This document shows, one piece after another, positions 48,772 through 58,899 of a stretch of DNA of 64,000 bases. Position numbers and translations under genes: made by a program. Below the pieces are notes generated by a model that saw nothing but the letters and a program-made list of their open reading frames with translations, was not told the origin of the DNA and did no database searches. This stretch comes from an uncultured Actinomycetes bacterium (GTDB lineage Bacteria > Actinomycetota > Thermoleophilia > UBA2241): NCBI GenBank assembly GCA_963709345.1, contig CAVPVX010000007.1:192001-256000 (forward strand), read 5' to 3'. Numbering within the stretch: the stretch's first letter is position 1; the number at the start of each line of letters is the position of its first letter.

Positions 48772-50037
48772 TCAGGCGTCCGGCGGTCGCGGCGGCTCGG
48801 GAGCTTCCGGCGCCTCGGGGGCCGGCGGCAACGAAGACCCGGCGGGCGGCGCCTGCGTGGCCGCCGTGTGGCCGCCGCTCACCTCGAGTGCGCAAGCCTG
48901 ACAGTACTCGTCCGAGCCCTCGATCAGCGCGCCGCACTGGGCGCACTGCTTCTCGAGCCGGCCACTCGAGGCGTCGACGGCCGGCCTGTGCGCCTGCGGC
49001 GCCGCGGGAGGAGGAGCCGCCGCCGGGGAACCGGCCGCGAGCGGGTCGGCAGCCGCCTTCCACGCGTCGGGTCCGGGCGGCGGCGGGCTCGGCGCCACGG
49101 GTGTTACGACCCCGGTCGCCGCCCCGGTCACCGGCGCCGACATCGGGACCGGTGGCGGGGTGCCGTAGATCGGAGCGCCGGGCGGAGGCGGAAGCGGTGC
49201 GCCCGGCATCCCCGGAGCGGGAACCGGCTCCACGGCGCCTCCGGACCCAAGATACATGACGCTGACGTAGCAGATCGTGTAGGGAGGCACGAGTACGGCG
49301 AAGACGAGGAAGAGGACGAGGCCGAGAAGGATCCCCGCCCAATCGCTGCCCTGACCCACGCCGATCGCGATCAGCAGGATGACGACGGCCGCCGCGGCGA
49401 CGACCAGACCGAGGACGACGACCATGCCGAAGGTTCGCCACCAGCCGACGCCCTTCACCATCTCGAGGCTGCGCTTGGCCGCGTCACCGAAGCCGACACC
49501 CTGATCGGCGATGAGCGGCAGGACGTACAGCCAGATCACCCCGATCCAGACGCTGATGACCAGACCCGCAAGCCACCCGATGAGCGGGATGACGTTCAGG
49601 AGCGATGTCCCGATCGAGATGCCGAACAGCACCAGCGCGTACACCACGTAGGCGCCGAACTTGCGAAAGCCGCTGAACAGGTCGCCGAACTCGACGCCAC
49701 GGTTGCCCCTGGCCGCGCCGATGACCATCTCGAACATGCCGCCGTAGAAGACCATCGCGACCACCTGCACCAGGAAGACGACGATGATGTAGACGACGAT
49801 CGCAAGAAGGATCATCCCGACGCCGAGCGCGCCGAGCGCGCCGGAGTCGTCGGCGGCCATGTTGGCCCCGATGGTGATGCCGGCCCCGGCGAATATCGCC
49901 CCGAAGACGGCCAGCGCCGCCCCCAGGATCAGCACCATGATGAGGCCGACGACGAGCCCGGCGAGGACCAGCCACCCCACGTCACGCCGCCAGAGCTCGA
50001 ATGCCTTGGCGAACACGTCGCCGATTCCCATGTACAT
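48772..50037 (-). CDS. Polytopic membrane protein with Pro-rich linker and C-terminal zinc ribbon
   Basis: Multiple TM helices, FGDLFSGF, WWRTF, CAQCG...YCQAC. Confidence 0.8.
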   Translation of the reverse strand: MYMGIGDVFAKAFELWRRDVGWLVLAGLVVGLIMVLILGAALAVFGAIFAGAGITIGANMAADDSGALGALGVGMILLAIVVYIIVVFLVQVVAMVFYGGMFEMVIGAARGNRGVEFGDLFSGFRKFGAYVVYALVLFGISIGTSLLNVIPLIGWLAGLVISVWIGVIWLYVLPLIADQGVGFGDAAKRSLEMVKGVGWWRTFGMVVVLGLVVAAAAVVILLIAIGVGQGSDWAGILLGLVLFLVFAVLVPPYTICYVSVMYLGSGGAVEPVPAPGMPGAPLPPPPGAPIYGTPPPVPMSAPVTGAATGVVTPVAPSPPPPGPDAWKAAADPLAAGSPAAAPPPAAPQAHRPAVDASSGRLEKQCAQCGALIEGSDEYCQACALEVSGGHTAATQAPPAGSSLPPAPEAPEAPEPPRPPDA

Positions 50038-50119
50038 CCCCCCCGTTCGCCTGAAGGCCGGTCGCCCCGAAGGGCCTCGTGCCGCCAAGGTTCTCGCACC
50101 CGAGCGGCCTTGTCACGCG

Positions 50120-50989
50120 TTAGCCGGTGGTCGCCATCCCCGTGTCGTCCGGTGCTGGCGGAGGCGGCGGACTTCCCGCGGCCAGGGCCGCAGCGATGAG
50201 CCAGTCCTCGCGCCGCGATTGATAGTACATCGCCAGAAGGTAGGTGAGGCCGTAGGGACCCGTCACAAGGCCCACGGCCATTCCGGCGAACGGGATCATG
50301 GCCGCGGCAAGAGCCGCGGCCATCAGCGCCAGCTGCAGCACGAAGAGAGCCAGGAACGTCCACCACCAGCCGACGCGATGGACGAGCGCACGGCTCTCGC
50401 GCAGCGCCGCGGTCACGCCGACGCCGCGGTCGATGACGACGATCAGCGCATACGTCCAGCACACCGACAGGTAGGCGATGACGAGTCCGGCCAGGACGGC
50501 GAGCATGATGCCGATGACGATCGCCGGGACCCAGAGGAACGCGATGCCGAGCCCGATCACGACCACCGGTGTCGCCGCGACCGCCAGTGGCACCAGTAGG
50601 AAGGCGACGGTGTACACCCCCACCACGCGGCCCAGGACCCGAAACCCCGTGAAGAGGTCCCAGTAGCCCATCACGCGCCCCTCGCGCACGCGGCGAAGCG
50701 CCCCGGTGAGGACGCCTGCGTACAGCGGGATCGCCACGAGCACCATGACGGCCACCGCCGCCAGGTAGCCGGCGACCAACGCGACGACGCCGGCGACACT
50801 GAGGCCCGTGATCGCGCCGGCCTCGGCGCCGGAGACCAGACCGGGCAGCGCAACGAGCATCGCCACCAGGATGACGACCGCGACTGCCGCCCCCGGGATC
50901 AGGCCGGCCAACAGCAGCCCGACGATCAGCTGACCGATGTCCTTGAGCAGCAGTCCCCAGGCATCCTTGAAGAGCTTTCCCAGATCCAC
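50120..50989 (-). CDS. Polytopic membrane protein (paralog of the 48772 N-domain)
   Basis: Shares F..AW/F, DLF.GF, Y...IxD.GVG...A..S, VGWW.TF with its neighbour. Confidence 0.78.
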   Translation of the reverse strand: MDLGKLFKDAWGLLLKDIGQLIVGLLLAGLIPGAAVAVVILVAMLVALPGLVSGAEAGAITGLSVAGVVALVAGYLAAVAVMVLVAIPLYAGVLTGALRRVREGRVMGYWDLFTGFRVLGRVVGVYTVAFLLVPLAVAATPVVVIGLGIAFLWVPAIVIGIMLAVLAGLVIAYLSVCWTYALIVVIDRGVGVTAALRESRALVHRVGWWWTFLALFVLQLALMAAALAAAMIPFAGMAVGLVTGPYGLTYLLAMYYQSRREDWLIAAALAAGSPPPPPAPDDTGMATTG

Positions 50990-51075
50990 GCGGCGTCCCC
51001 CCGGTCCCTCGACACGATCAGGCTGCAACACTCAGCGGGTGCCCTCGACCCGCTGCGCTGCTACCCTTGACACAT

Positions 51076-52044
51076 ATGCGCGACTGTACCCGCAGGGACT
51101 TTCTAAGAATCGCCGGCGGCGCGGCGGCCGGAGCCGCACTGGCGGCCGCAGGCTGCGGCACGCAGGTTCCATCCGACCCGCCGCAGGAGGGGCGCCTGGC
51201 GTCTCCTCCGGCATCGGCGGCAGCCGGGAACCGCGTCCCGCCGCCGCTGGCGGTAGCGCACGGCGGCGGCGCGGAGGCGCTCACCGAAGCGGCGATCACC
51301 GCGCTCGGCGGCATGAAGCGCTTCGTCAAACAGGGCGCCGACGTCGTCATCAAGCCCAACATCTGCACCGGCTATCACGGCCCCGAGTACGCGGCCACCA
51401 CCAACCCCGCCGTCGTCGGCGTCCTCGTCGGTCTGTGCCGCGCCGCCGGCGCGGCTCGCGTGCGCGTCATGGACATGCCCTTCGGCGGCCCGGCCGAGGA
51501 GGCGTACCGCACGAGCGGCATCCAGGCCGCGGTCGAACGGGCCGGCGGAGAGATGCACATCATGGCCCCCACGCGCTTCCGCGAGTACCGCATCCCGGAC
51601 GGCCGCGACCTCACCTCGTGGCCGATCTACAGCGACGTGCTCTCCTGCGACACCCTGATCGACGTCCCGATAGCGAAGGACCACGGGATGACCAGGCTGA
51701 CGCTTGGAGGCAAGAACCTCCTCGGCGTCATCCTCGACCCGGGCGACATCCACGCGAACATCGGCCAGCGGACGGCAGACCTGATCAGCGTGTGCCGCCC
51801 TACCCTCACCGTCGTCGACGCCGTTCGCGTGCTCACCGCCAACGGCCCCACCGGCGGCGACCTCAACGACGTCGAGACCTTCGACACCGTCGTCGCAAGC
51901 GCGGACATCGTGGCCGCCGACGCCTTTGCGGCCACGCTCTTCGACCTCAGCGGCGCCGACATCCCGTACGTCCAGGCCGCCTACGACATGGGCCTCGGCG
52001 AGATGGATCTGGACCGCGTCGACATCCGCCGCGTGCGCGCCTGA
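51076..52044 (+). CDS. DUF362-family protein, Tat-exported lipoprotein
   Basis: TRRDFL Tat motif, AAGC lipobox, VVIKPN, ATTNP, PIAKDH...LGGKNL, NGP, DIVAAD. Confidence 0.88.
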   Translation: MRDCTRRDFLRIAGGAAAGAALAAAGCGTQVPSDPPQEGRLASPPASAAAGNRVPPPLAVAHGGGAEALTEAAITALGGMKRFVKQGADVVIKPNICTGYHGPEYAATTNPAVVGVLVGLCRAAGAARVRVMDMPFGGPAEEAYRTSGIQAAVERAGGEMHIMAPTRFREYRIPDGRDLTSWPIYSDVLSCDTLIDVPIAKDHGMTRLTLGGKNLLGVILDPGDIHANIGQRTADLISVCRPTLTVVDAVRVLTANGPTGGDLNDVETFDTVVASADIVAADAFAATLFDLSGADIPYVQAAYDMGLGEMDLDRVDIRRVRA

Positions 52045-52159
52045 GCCTACGCGTCTGCGGCGCGGCGGGCGGCCGCGGCGGGGCCGTGAGCCGGCGCCGG
52101 GACCTGCCGGAGCAACCGCTGGTGGGCCGACGCGCCGGCCCTCGGGGTAGAATCGCCGG

Positions 52160-53086
52160 GTGATGGACGAGCACGCCACCTCCCGCCTTCGCGACGCCGC
52201 CCTCGACGCCGCCCTGACTCGCCACGAACAGCTGATGGCGGAGGCCCGGCGCATCATCGACGCCGGCAACGACCGCGGCGTGACCCTCCGCCTCACCGGT
52301 GGGCTCGCCGTGCGCCACTACGCGATCGACCTGGAATTCGCCGAGCGCCACTACAGCGACATCGACCTGATCGGCCTCAAGCGCCAGGCGGCCGACGTGG
52401 GCGGTGTCTTCCGCGACCTCGGCTACCTCGAGAACCAACACGTCTCGATGGCCACCGCCAACGGCCAGCTTCAGTTCTTCATGCCGGCGCGGTCGCTGGA
52501 ATCACGGGCTCACATGGGCAAACGTGGCCATGCTCTCCCCGTGATCAGCGCAATCCCTCCGAGTGACCACATCGACGTCTTCCTCGACGCGATGCGCATG
52601 GATCACGCGATCGACTTCCGCGGCCGTCTCGAGATCAACACGTACGCCATCGACCCTGCCGACCTCTTCCTCAGCAAGCTCCAGATCGTGAACCTGAACG
52701 AGAAGGACGCCCACGACATCATCACGCTCTGCAAGGATGTGTACGTCGACTTCCGGCCGCACCCCGGCGTGCTGGACCTGCAGCACGTCGCCGAGGTCTG
52801 CGGCAGCGACTGGGGTCTCTACATCGATGTCATGAGCAACGTGGACACGGTCATCGACCATATCTCCGACTACGACCTCAGCCCGCGCGACGCCGCCCGC
52901 GTGCGTCGCACGCTCGAACTGGCACAGGACATGATGACCGAACACTCCAAGACGCTGCGCTGGAGGCTGCGTTCGCGCATCGGCAAGCGCCTCCGCTGGT
53001 ACTCCGAAGTCGAGGAGCAGTTCGGCGGCCGGACCGAGGAGACGGCGCTGGCGGTGCGCACCAAGGCCGGTCGCGCCGCGGTCTGA
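52160..53086 (+). CDS. Uncharacterised nucleotidyltransferase-like protein
   Basis: LRLTGGLAV...YSDIDL, DVFLD, DLFLSKLQI, NEKD..D. Confidence 0.72.
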   Translation: MMDEHATSRLRDAALDAALTRHEQLMAEARRIIDAGNDRGVTLRLTGGLAVRHYAIDLEFAERHYSDIDLIGLKRQAADVGGVFRDLGYLENQHVSMATANGQLQFFMPARSLESRAHMGKRGHALPVISAIPPSDHIDVFLDAMRMDHAIDFRGRLEINTYAIDPADLFLSKLQIVNLNEKDAHDIITLCKDVYVDFRPHPGVLDLQHVAEVCGSDWGLYIDVMSNVDTVIDHISDYDLSPRDAARVRRTLELAQDMMTEHSKTLRWRLRSRIGKRLRWYSEVEEQFGGRTEETALAVRTKAGRAAV

Positions 53087-53129
53087 TCCGGGCGTACGAG
53101 AGCGCCGCACCCGGGGCTCCCCGGCATCC

Positions 53130-53945
53130 TCAGGGAGCCCCTCCATCCTCTTCCTCCACCAGTTGGTACCAAGGGCGCCGGGTGCCCACCCGGGCACGCA
53201 GTCGCCAGCCGACCGTCTTGGGAACCGCGTCGATGGCCCCGGTCAGCACAGCGACCCGCGCGCGCACCCGCACGAGATCTTCGGGAGTGAGGCCCGACGA
53301 GCCTCCCGCCTCCACGCAGCGCTGCAGATTTCGTGTCACGTCGTAGAAGAGGCCCCAGTCCCCGGCGCAGAGCCCCGCGATGTACTCCGCGTCGATCGCC
53401 CGCGGCCCGGCCTCGTCGGCGTCCGCCGAGACCGCCAGCAGATGCAGCGCGTCGTGCACGTCGCGCGGCTCCGCGCGCGTGATGAGCAGCTTGGTGACCA
53501 GCAGATCGCTCGCGGAGAGCGTGTAGGGATGCAGCCCAAGACGATCCCTGAGATCGATCTCGTGCTCCATCCTGAACCGGTCGAAGAAGACGTCCACGTG
53601 ATCGTCCTCATGTGCGCGGCCGCCGCCGGCCGTCACGTGTTCGCAGGGCCGCACGAACTGTGCCTGCCGCCCCATTGTGGCCATCCTCACGTGGTCGCGC
53701 TCGCCGTACCCGAGATCCCCCAGGATGTCGACCACCCCGACCGCCTCGCGGCTCAGCCCCGCGAGATCGACGTCCGCGTAGTCCCGCTCGCAGCTCGCAA
53801 GCCCGTCGCAGTGAGTGGCCACGGCGAGGCCCCCGAGCAGGCGCAGCGTCACACCGCGCGCTCGCGCGGCATCGACGATGCGCCGGCCCTCGGCGACCAT
53901 CCTCAGCCGAAGTGGGCCGCCAGCAGTGTCGGCGGATCCTTCCAT
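53130..53945 (-). CDS. Uncharacterised nucleotidyltransferase-like protein (paralog)
   Basis: LRLLGGLAV...YADVDL, DVFFD, DLLVTKL; colinear similarity with the 52160 gene. Confidence 0.72.
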   Translation of the reverse strand: MEGSADTAGGPLRLRMVAEGRRIVDAARARGVTLRLLGGLAVATHCDGLASCERDYADVDLAGLSREAVGVVDILGDLGYGERDHVRMATMGRQAQFVRPCEHVTAGGGRAHEDDHVDVFFDRFRMEHEIDLRDRLGLHPYTLSASDLLVTKLLITRAEPRDVHDALHLLAVSADADEAGPRAIDAEYIAGLCAGDWGLFYDVTRNLQRCVEAGGSSGLTPEDLVRVRARVAVLTGAIDAVPKTVGWRLRARVGTRRPWYQLVEEEDGGAP

Positions 53946-53995
53946 GCCGGCTATGTGCCCCCACTCCCCCCTCACCAAGCGCGCCGCGGCGCCGA

Positions 53996-55022
53996 TCAAG
54001 CCTGGGGCCAGGCGGGCGGCGGGGCGACGAGGCGCCACTCGACGCCGTCCTCGAGTTCCCGCACGACGGCCCAGTCCCCGCGCGAGAAGTGCCGCAGGGC
54101 CAGCGGCTCCACGACCCGCTCGTCCTGGGCCAGGAGGTCGCCCAGGGACCGCACGAGACGCGCCCCGCCCTCGGCGACCGACGTCGTGTCGTCGCCGGCG
54201 ACCGCAAGGCGCAGGCGGCGCAGCGTCTCCAGCGCGTCCGCTTGCGGCTGCGCGAGCAGCGTCTGCGGCCCGTCGACGCCGTGAACGGCCAGCGCCGGGA
54301 ACCACGCCTGGCGCAACCGGCGAAAGCGCGCCTCGATGCCTCCGAGGCGGTCGACGAGACGCGCCACGAGGGCACGCTCGTGACGCCACCGACGCCGCGT
54401 GGGCGAGCCGCCGAGTCGGCTCAGCGCCGCCTCGAGGTCTGCGCAGAGCCGCCTGATCAGGACGGCCTCCCGGCGAAGCGTGTCCAGCGGGTGTCCCCCG
54501 GGAACAGCCGCCACCAGAGACTCGTCCGACGAGCTCGTCGGTCGAAGGTCCCTCGGGGTCACCGGTGCGCGCCGGCGCGCCGGCCGCGACGGAGAGCGCC
54601 TTTTCGAGCGCCGCCAGCTCCGCTGGGTCGAGACCGTCGCTGACCGCCGCCCAGCGCTCCGCCAGCTCCGGCAGCGGCCCGCCGCCCTCGAGGGCGGCGG
54701 CGATGGCGCGCAGCTCGCAGAGCCGGCTGTCGTCGCCCGCGATCCCACGAGAAGCGAAAGCCGTCCGCGCCGGGCGGCCGGTACCGCGGGCCACCTCCGC
54801 GGCGACCTCCCTTACCAGCTGCGGGCAGGTGACGTCACGGCACGCGGCGACGTCACCCAGTGTCGTGACCCGGGCCCACCGTGAAAGGGCGAGCGGCCGG
54901 TCGAGCGGCGCAACGCCGCCGCACCGGCGCAAGTACGGCTCGATGAACGGGTAGGCGTTCACGAGCGCGAACACGGTGGTGCGCGAGCCGATGAGGATGT
55001 CGGATGACGGCGCTTCGGTCAT
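53996..55022 (-). CDS. DUF1858/DUF438-like protein with degenerate hemerythrin-like domain; frameshift at about 54520-54600
   Basis: N-terminal TVFALVNAYPFIEPYL; C-terminal PGGHPLDTL...FPALAVHGVDGP...EPLALRHFSRGDW in another frame. Confidence 0.6.
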
Positions 55023-55165
55023 GGTGGCCGGACCTCTCCGTTCTGGCCGGTGACACCCCAAGCGTAGCAGCCACGCGGCGCGGCACGCACGCTGGCGGTC
55101 GCGGTGGAGCGGTGGTATCCTGCCGCTCCCGTCCCTCCACGTTCGCGCTCGCGAGTCCCCACTGC

Positions 55166-57148
55166 ATGAGCATCGTCACCTTCAATAACGTCGAGAAGTC
55201 CTTCGCGGGACAACGGCTCTTCACAACGGTGACGTTCACCGTCGACGCGCACGACCACGCCGTGCTCGTCGGCCGCAACGGGACCGGCAAGACGACGCTC
55301 CTGCGCATGATGTCGGGCGACGAGCAGCCGGACTCGGGCACCATCGCCCGGGCGCGCGGCAGGCGCGTGTGGCTCCACGAGCAGACCCCCGAACTCGAAC
55401 GCGACCGGCCGGTGCGTGACTACCTCATCGACGCGTTCGGTGAAGCGGTAGGGCTCGAGGCAGCCTTGCGGGAGACGGAGGAGAGGCTCTCCGGCCTGGC
55501 CGAACACAGTCCCGACCTGCGCGACACCATGAAGACCTACCAGCAACTGCAGCGCCGCTTCGAGGCAGCCGGCGGGTACGGCTACCGCGACCGTCTGAGC
55601 GGCGTCGTCGAGGGCCTCGGCCTTCCCGAGCACATGCTGGACCGCGGACTCCTCTCACTCTCCGGCGGCGAGCTCACACGGGTGACCCTGGCGCGGGCGC
55701 TTCTGGCCGACGCGGACCTGCTGCTCCTCGACGAGCCGACGAACCACCTCGACATAGACTCGGTGGAGTGGCTGGAGGGCTTCCTCACCGAGTACCCGCG
55801 CGCCTTCATACTCGTCACCCACGACCGCCGGCTCCTTGAGAAGGTGGGCCGCCGCGTACTCGCCGTCGAGCACGAGCACGTGGAGACGCAGGGCGGCGAC
55901 TTCGCCACGTATCTCCGCGAGAGCGAGGCTCGCCTCGACCTGATGCGCCGCGAGTACCAGCAGGACATCGAGAAGATCGAACAGCTGCAGCGCTTCTACG
56001 ACCGCTTCCACGCGAAGAAGGACAAGGCCAAGCAGGCAAAGGCCAAGCTCACGCAGATCGAGCGCATCAAGGCGGGGCTTCGCGAACCGCCCCGCCAGAA
56101 GCGCGACTTCAAGCTGGGGCTCCCTCAGCCCAAGCCTTCCGCCCGCGTGGTGCTGGAGTTGAAAACGCCGGCCGTCGGCGTCGGCTCGGCCGACGACCCC
56201 GTCGGCATCCACACGCTGGTGCGCGACGTCGACGTCGTGCTCGAACGTGGAGAGAAGGTCGCCCTGCTCGGGCCGAACGGCTCCGGCAAGACCACGCTGG
56301 TCGAGACGGTCGTCGGCCTGAGGAGCCTGCTCGACGGCGCCGCCCACCTGGGCCACAACGTCCGCGCGGCGTACTACTCACAGCAGGGCCGGGAGCTGCG
56401 CGAAGACGACACCGTGCTGCTCACCGTCCTGCCGCTCGTCGGCCACGACGAAGAGGCGGCACGGCGCCTCCTCGGGCGATTCCAGTTCGGCCCCGATGAG
56501 GTCGAGAAGAAGGTCGGGATGCTGTCGGGCGGCGAGCGCAGCCGCCTCCGCCTGCTCGCGCTGCTCGTCGGCGACGCGAACTTCCTGCTGCTCGACGAGC
56601 CTACGAACCACCTCGACATGGGCTCGGTCGAGGCGCTCGCCGACGCGCTCGAGGACTACACGGGCACCATCCTGCTCGTCACGCACGACCGGCACCTCAT
56701 CGACCGCGTCGCCACCCGCGTCCTCGAGATCCACGACAGCGGGCTGCTCAATCACCTCTCGGCGGGGCGCTACTGGGAGGCGCGAGCCGCTCGGGCCGGC
56801 GACGCGGGCGATGGCGCCACGGGCGGCGATTCGGGCGGCGGTCGGTCGGCCGTCAGAGCCGAGTCCGCCCGCGGCGGCCGCCCCGCGCCCGCGGGCGCCG
56901 CCACGACCCGCCAGACGAAGGAGAGCGCGGAGGAGTCGCGCCGCAGGCGTGCGCGTGTGCGCGGCGCGGAGGCCGCGATCCTTCGCGCCGAGAAGCGCCT
57001 CGGCGAGATCGACGCCGAGCTCGCCGAGCCGGCCACCTACGCCGACCGCGACGTCCTCAACCGCCTGCTCGACGAGCGAGGTGTCGTCGAAGGTCAGCTG
57101 CAGCGCGAGTACAAGGAGTGGGAGAAGCTCGTCGACGCCGCCGGCTGA
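55166..57148 (+). CDS. ABC-F family ATPase
   Basis: Two ABC cassettes (GRNGTGKT/LSGGE/LDEPTNHLD; GPNGSGKT/LSGGE/LDEPTNHLD), no TM segments. Confidence 0.93.
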   Translation: MSIVTFNNVEKSFAGQRLFTTVTFTVDAHDHAVLVGRNGTGKTTLLRMMSGDEQPDSGTIARARGRRVWLHEQTPELERDRPVRDYLIDAFGEAVGLEAALRETEERLSGLAEHSPDLRDTMKTYQQLQRRFEAAGGYGYRDRLSGVVEGLGLPEHMLDRGLLSLSGGELTRVTLARALLADADLLLLDEPTNHLDIDSVEWLEGFLTEYPRAFILVTHDRRLLEKVGRRVLAVEHEHVETQGGDFATYLRESEARLDLMRREYQQDIEKIEQLQRFYDRFHAKKDKAKQAKAKLTQIERIKAGLREPPRQKRDFKLGLPQPKPSARVVLELKTPAVGVGSADDPVGIHTLVRDVDVVLERGEKVALLGPNGSGKTTLVETVVGLRSLLDGAAHLGHNVRAAYYSQQGRELREDDTVLLTVLPLVGHDEEAARRLLGRFQFGPDEVEKKVGMLSGGERSRLRLLALLVGDANFLLLDEPTNHLDMGSVEALADALEDYTGTILLVTHDRHLIDRVATRVLEIHDSGLLNHLSAGRYWEARAARAGDAGDGATGGDSGGGRSAVRAESARGGRPAPAGAATTRQTKESAEESRRRRARVRGAEAAILRAEKRLGEIDAELAEPATYADRDVLNRLLDERGVVEGQLQREYKEWEKLVDAAG

Positions 57149-57193
57149 GGCACCGGCGTCTTCCCACACGGCATCCGTGCTAGGCTCCGGAGG

Positions 57194-58045
57194 ATGCCCG
57201 CACCCCCCTCGGTAAGCCGCTCCGCCCCCACCCCCAGTCGCTCACGCCTCCGCCGCCTGCAGGTCCGCATCCTCGGCTGGTACGCCGAGAACGCCCGCGA
57301 CCTCCCGTGGCGCCACACCACGGATCCGTACGCGATCCTCGTGAGCGAGGTCATGCTCCAGCAGACGCAGGTGGCGCGCGTCGTGCCGCGCTTCGAGGAG
57401 TGGATGGCCGCCTGGCCGGATCTCGAGGCACTCGCGGCGGCGTCGCTCGCCGACGTCCTGCGACGCTGGCAGGGGCTCGGCTACAACAACCGGGCGGCCC
57501 GCCTGCAGGCTTGCGCCGTTGCGGCAGTCGCCCGTTGTGCGCCGGAGCGGACCGCGGAGCTGCCGCGCTCTCCGGCCGGGCTCATGGACCTCCCCGGCGT
57601 CGGCCCCTACACGGCCCGGGCGGTGCTGGTCTTCGCCCACAACGACGATCTCGCGGCGGTCGACGCCAACGTGCGGCGCGTACTGACACACGAGCTCGGT
57701 CTTCGACCCGACCTGGGCGACGGCGAACTGCAGACGGTCGCCGAGGCGGCGCTCCCGCGGGGTCGCAGCCGCGAGTGGCACAACGCCCTCATGGACTACG
57801 GCGCTCTGGTCCTGACGGCCCGCGCCACAGGCATCTCACCGCGCACGCGCCAGAGCGCGTTCGAGGGATCCCGGCGTCAGAAACGCGCCCTGCTCCTGCG
57901 CGCTCTGCTGTCACGGAGCCCACTGACACCGGCCGAGCTGGCTGACGAACTCGCACTGCCCGCGGAGGACGTCGACGATCTGATTCGACTGCTCCAGCGT
58001 GACGGGCTCGTGAGCGTGGATTCGGGCAAGGTCTCCGTGGCGTGA
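57194..58045 (+). CDS. MutY-like HhH-GPD adenine glycosylase lacking Fe-S cysteines
   Basis: RDLPWR, VSEVMLQQT, WQGLGYN, LPGVGPYTA, VDANVRR; no Cys cluster after MDYGA. Confidence 0.85.
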   Translation: MPAPPSVSRSAPTPSRSRLRRLQVRILGWYAENARDLPWRHTTDPYAILVSEVMLQQTQVARVVPRFEEWMAAWPDLEALAAASLADVLRRWQGLGYNNRAARLQACAVAAVARCAPERTAELPRSPAGLMDLPGVGPYTARAVLVFAHNDDLAAVDANVRRVLTHELGLRPDLGDGELQTVAEAALPRGRSREWHNALMDYGALVLTARATGISPRTRQSAFEGSRRQKRALLLRALLSRSPLTPAELADELALPAEDVDDLIRLLQRDGLVSVDSGKVSVA

Positions 58046-58387
58046 GCGTGCCGGCCGCCGAGTAGTCTGGGCTCACGCCACACCGCCTCGGGAGGCACAG
58101 ACGACGGCTCGGTGCCCGACTCCGTCGGCGAAGCGTACGGCGAGTGGCTGCCGCTGCACCACGCTCTGGAGGCGGTCCGTCGAAGGCCTCGCGACGACAT
58201 GGCCGGCGACTGGGCGGCCGCTCGCGAGGCCGCCGACGCGCTGGGGTGCACGCCAGCGGGCCCGGTGACCGGAGTCCACGAGCTCAGCCGCACGGACGGG
58301 GCCCCGCCGACTACGTCACCCGCATCCGTCTGCCGTACGCTCGCTGAGAGCAGGGCGGGCGGGCCGCGCAGCCGCCCCGCGCGCGCC

Positions 58388-58707
58388 TCACGTGCGGAAC
58401 ATCGTCAGCAGGAAGACGAGCTCTCCCTGCGCCTTCACGGCGTGGCGCAAATCGGCCGGCATGTAGTACAGCTTGCCGGCGCTCGCCTCGTGCGCCGTGC
58501 CGTCGAGCACGACTTCCCCTGCCCGCCGAGCACGTGTATGACGGCAGGAACGCTGGCCGTGTGCTCGCTCAGCTCCTGGCCCTGAGCCAGCGTGAAGTGG
58601 ACGATCTTGTGATGCGCGTTCTCGACGATCGCCTTGCTCACGATCCCGCGATCGGCGACCTCGACCATGCCGTCGAGATCGACGACCAGCGGTTCGGCAG
58701 TCTCCAT
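58388..58707 (-). CDS. Cupin-domain protein with a -1 frameshift near 58517
   Basis: VSKAI...GQELSEHTAS..A.IHVL.G; one extra G in the GGGG run restores EVVLDG...MPADLRHAVKA. Confidence 0.8.
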
Positions 58708-58819
58708 GTTCGACCTCCGTCGGTGTTTGCCGTCTTACAACCGACGGTACCCCGGAGCCACCGCTCCTCATCTTGACTTTCGTCAGGCCCGCTTCTCGTG
58801 CGCGCCACGTGAGTTCAGT

Positions 58820-58866
58820 TTGACACCGCCGGGCCTTGGTCATATAGTTTGTGAGGCGTTACACAA
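58820..58866 (+). promoter_or_regulatory. Near-consensus sigma70 promoter TTGACA-N17-TATAGT, immediately followed by a Rex/CRP-type box TTGTGAGGCGTTACACAA
   Basis: -35 at 58820-58825, -10 at 58843-58848, 18-bp imperfect palindrome at 58849-58866. Confidence 0.8.
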
Positions 58867-58899
58867 TATCGAGAAATTAGACACGTGAGGAGGGTCGCC

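Noticed and set aside
53130-55061. Apparent 643-aa DUF1858-nucleotidyltransferase fusion
   Set aside because: The middle is out-of-frame read-through of the frameshifted DUF438-like gene; the NTase-like gene has its own ATG at 53945.
58112-58320. Possible GyrI-like gene fragment (DSVGEAYGEWLP)
   Set aside because: Similarity too short and no convincing start or RBS.
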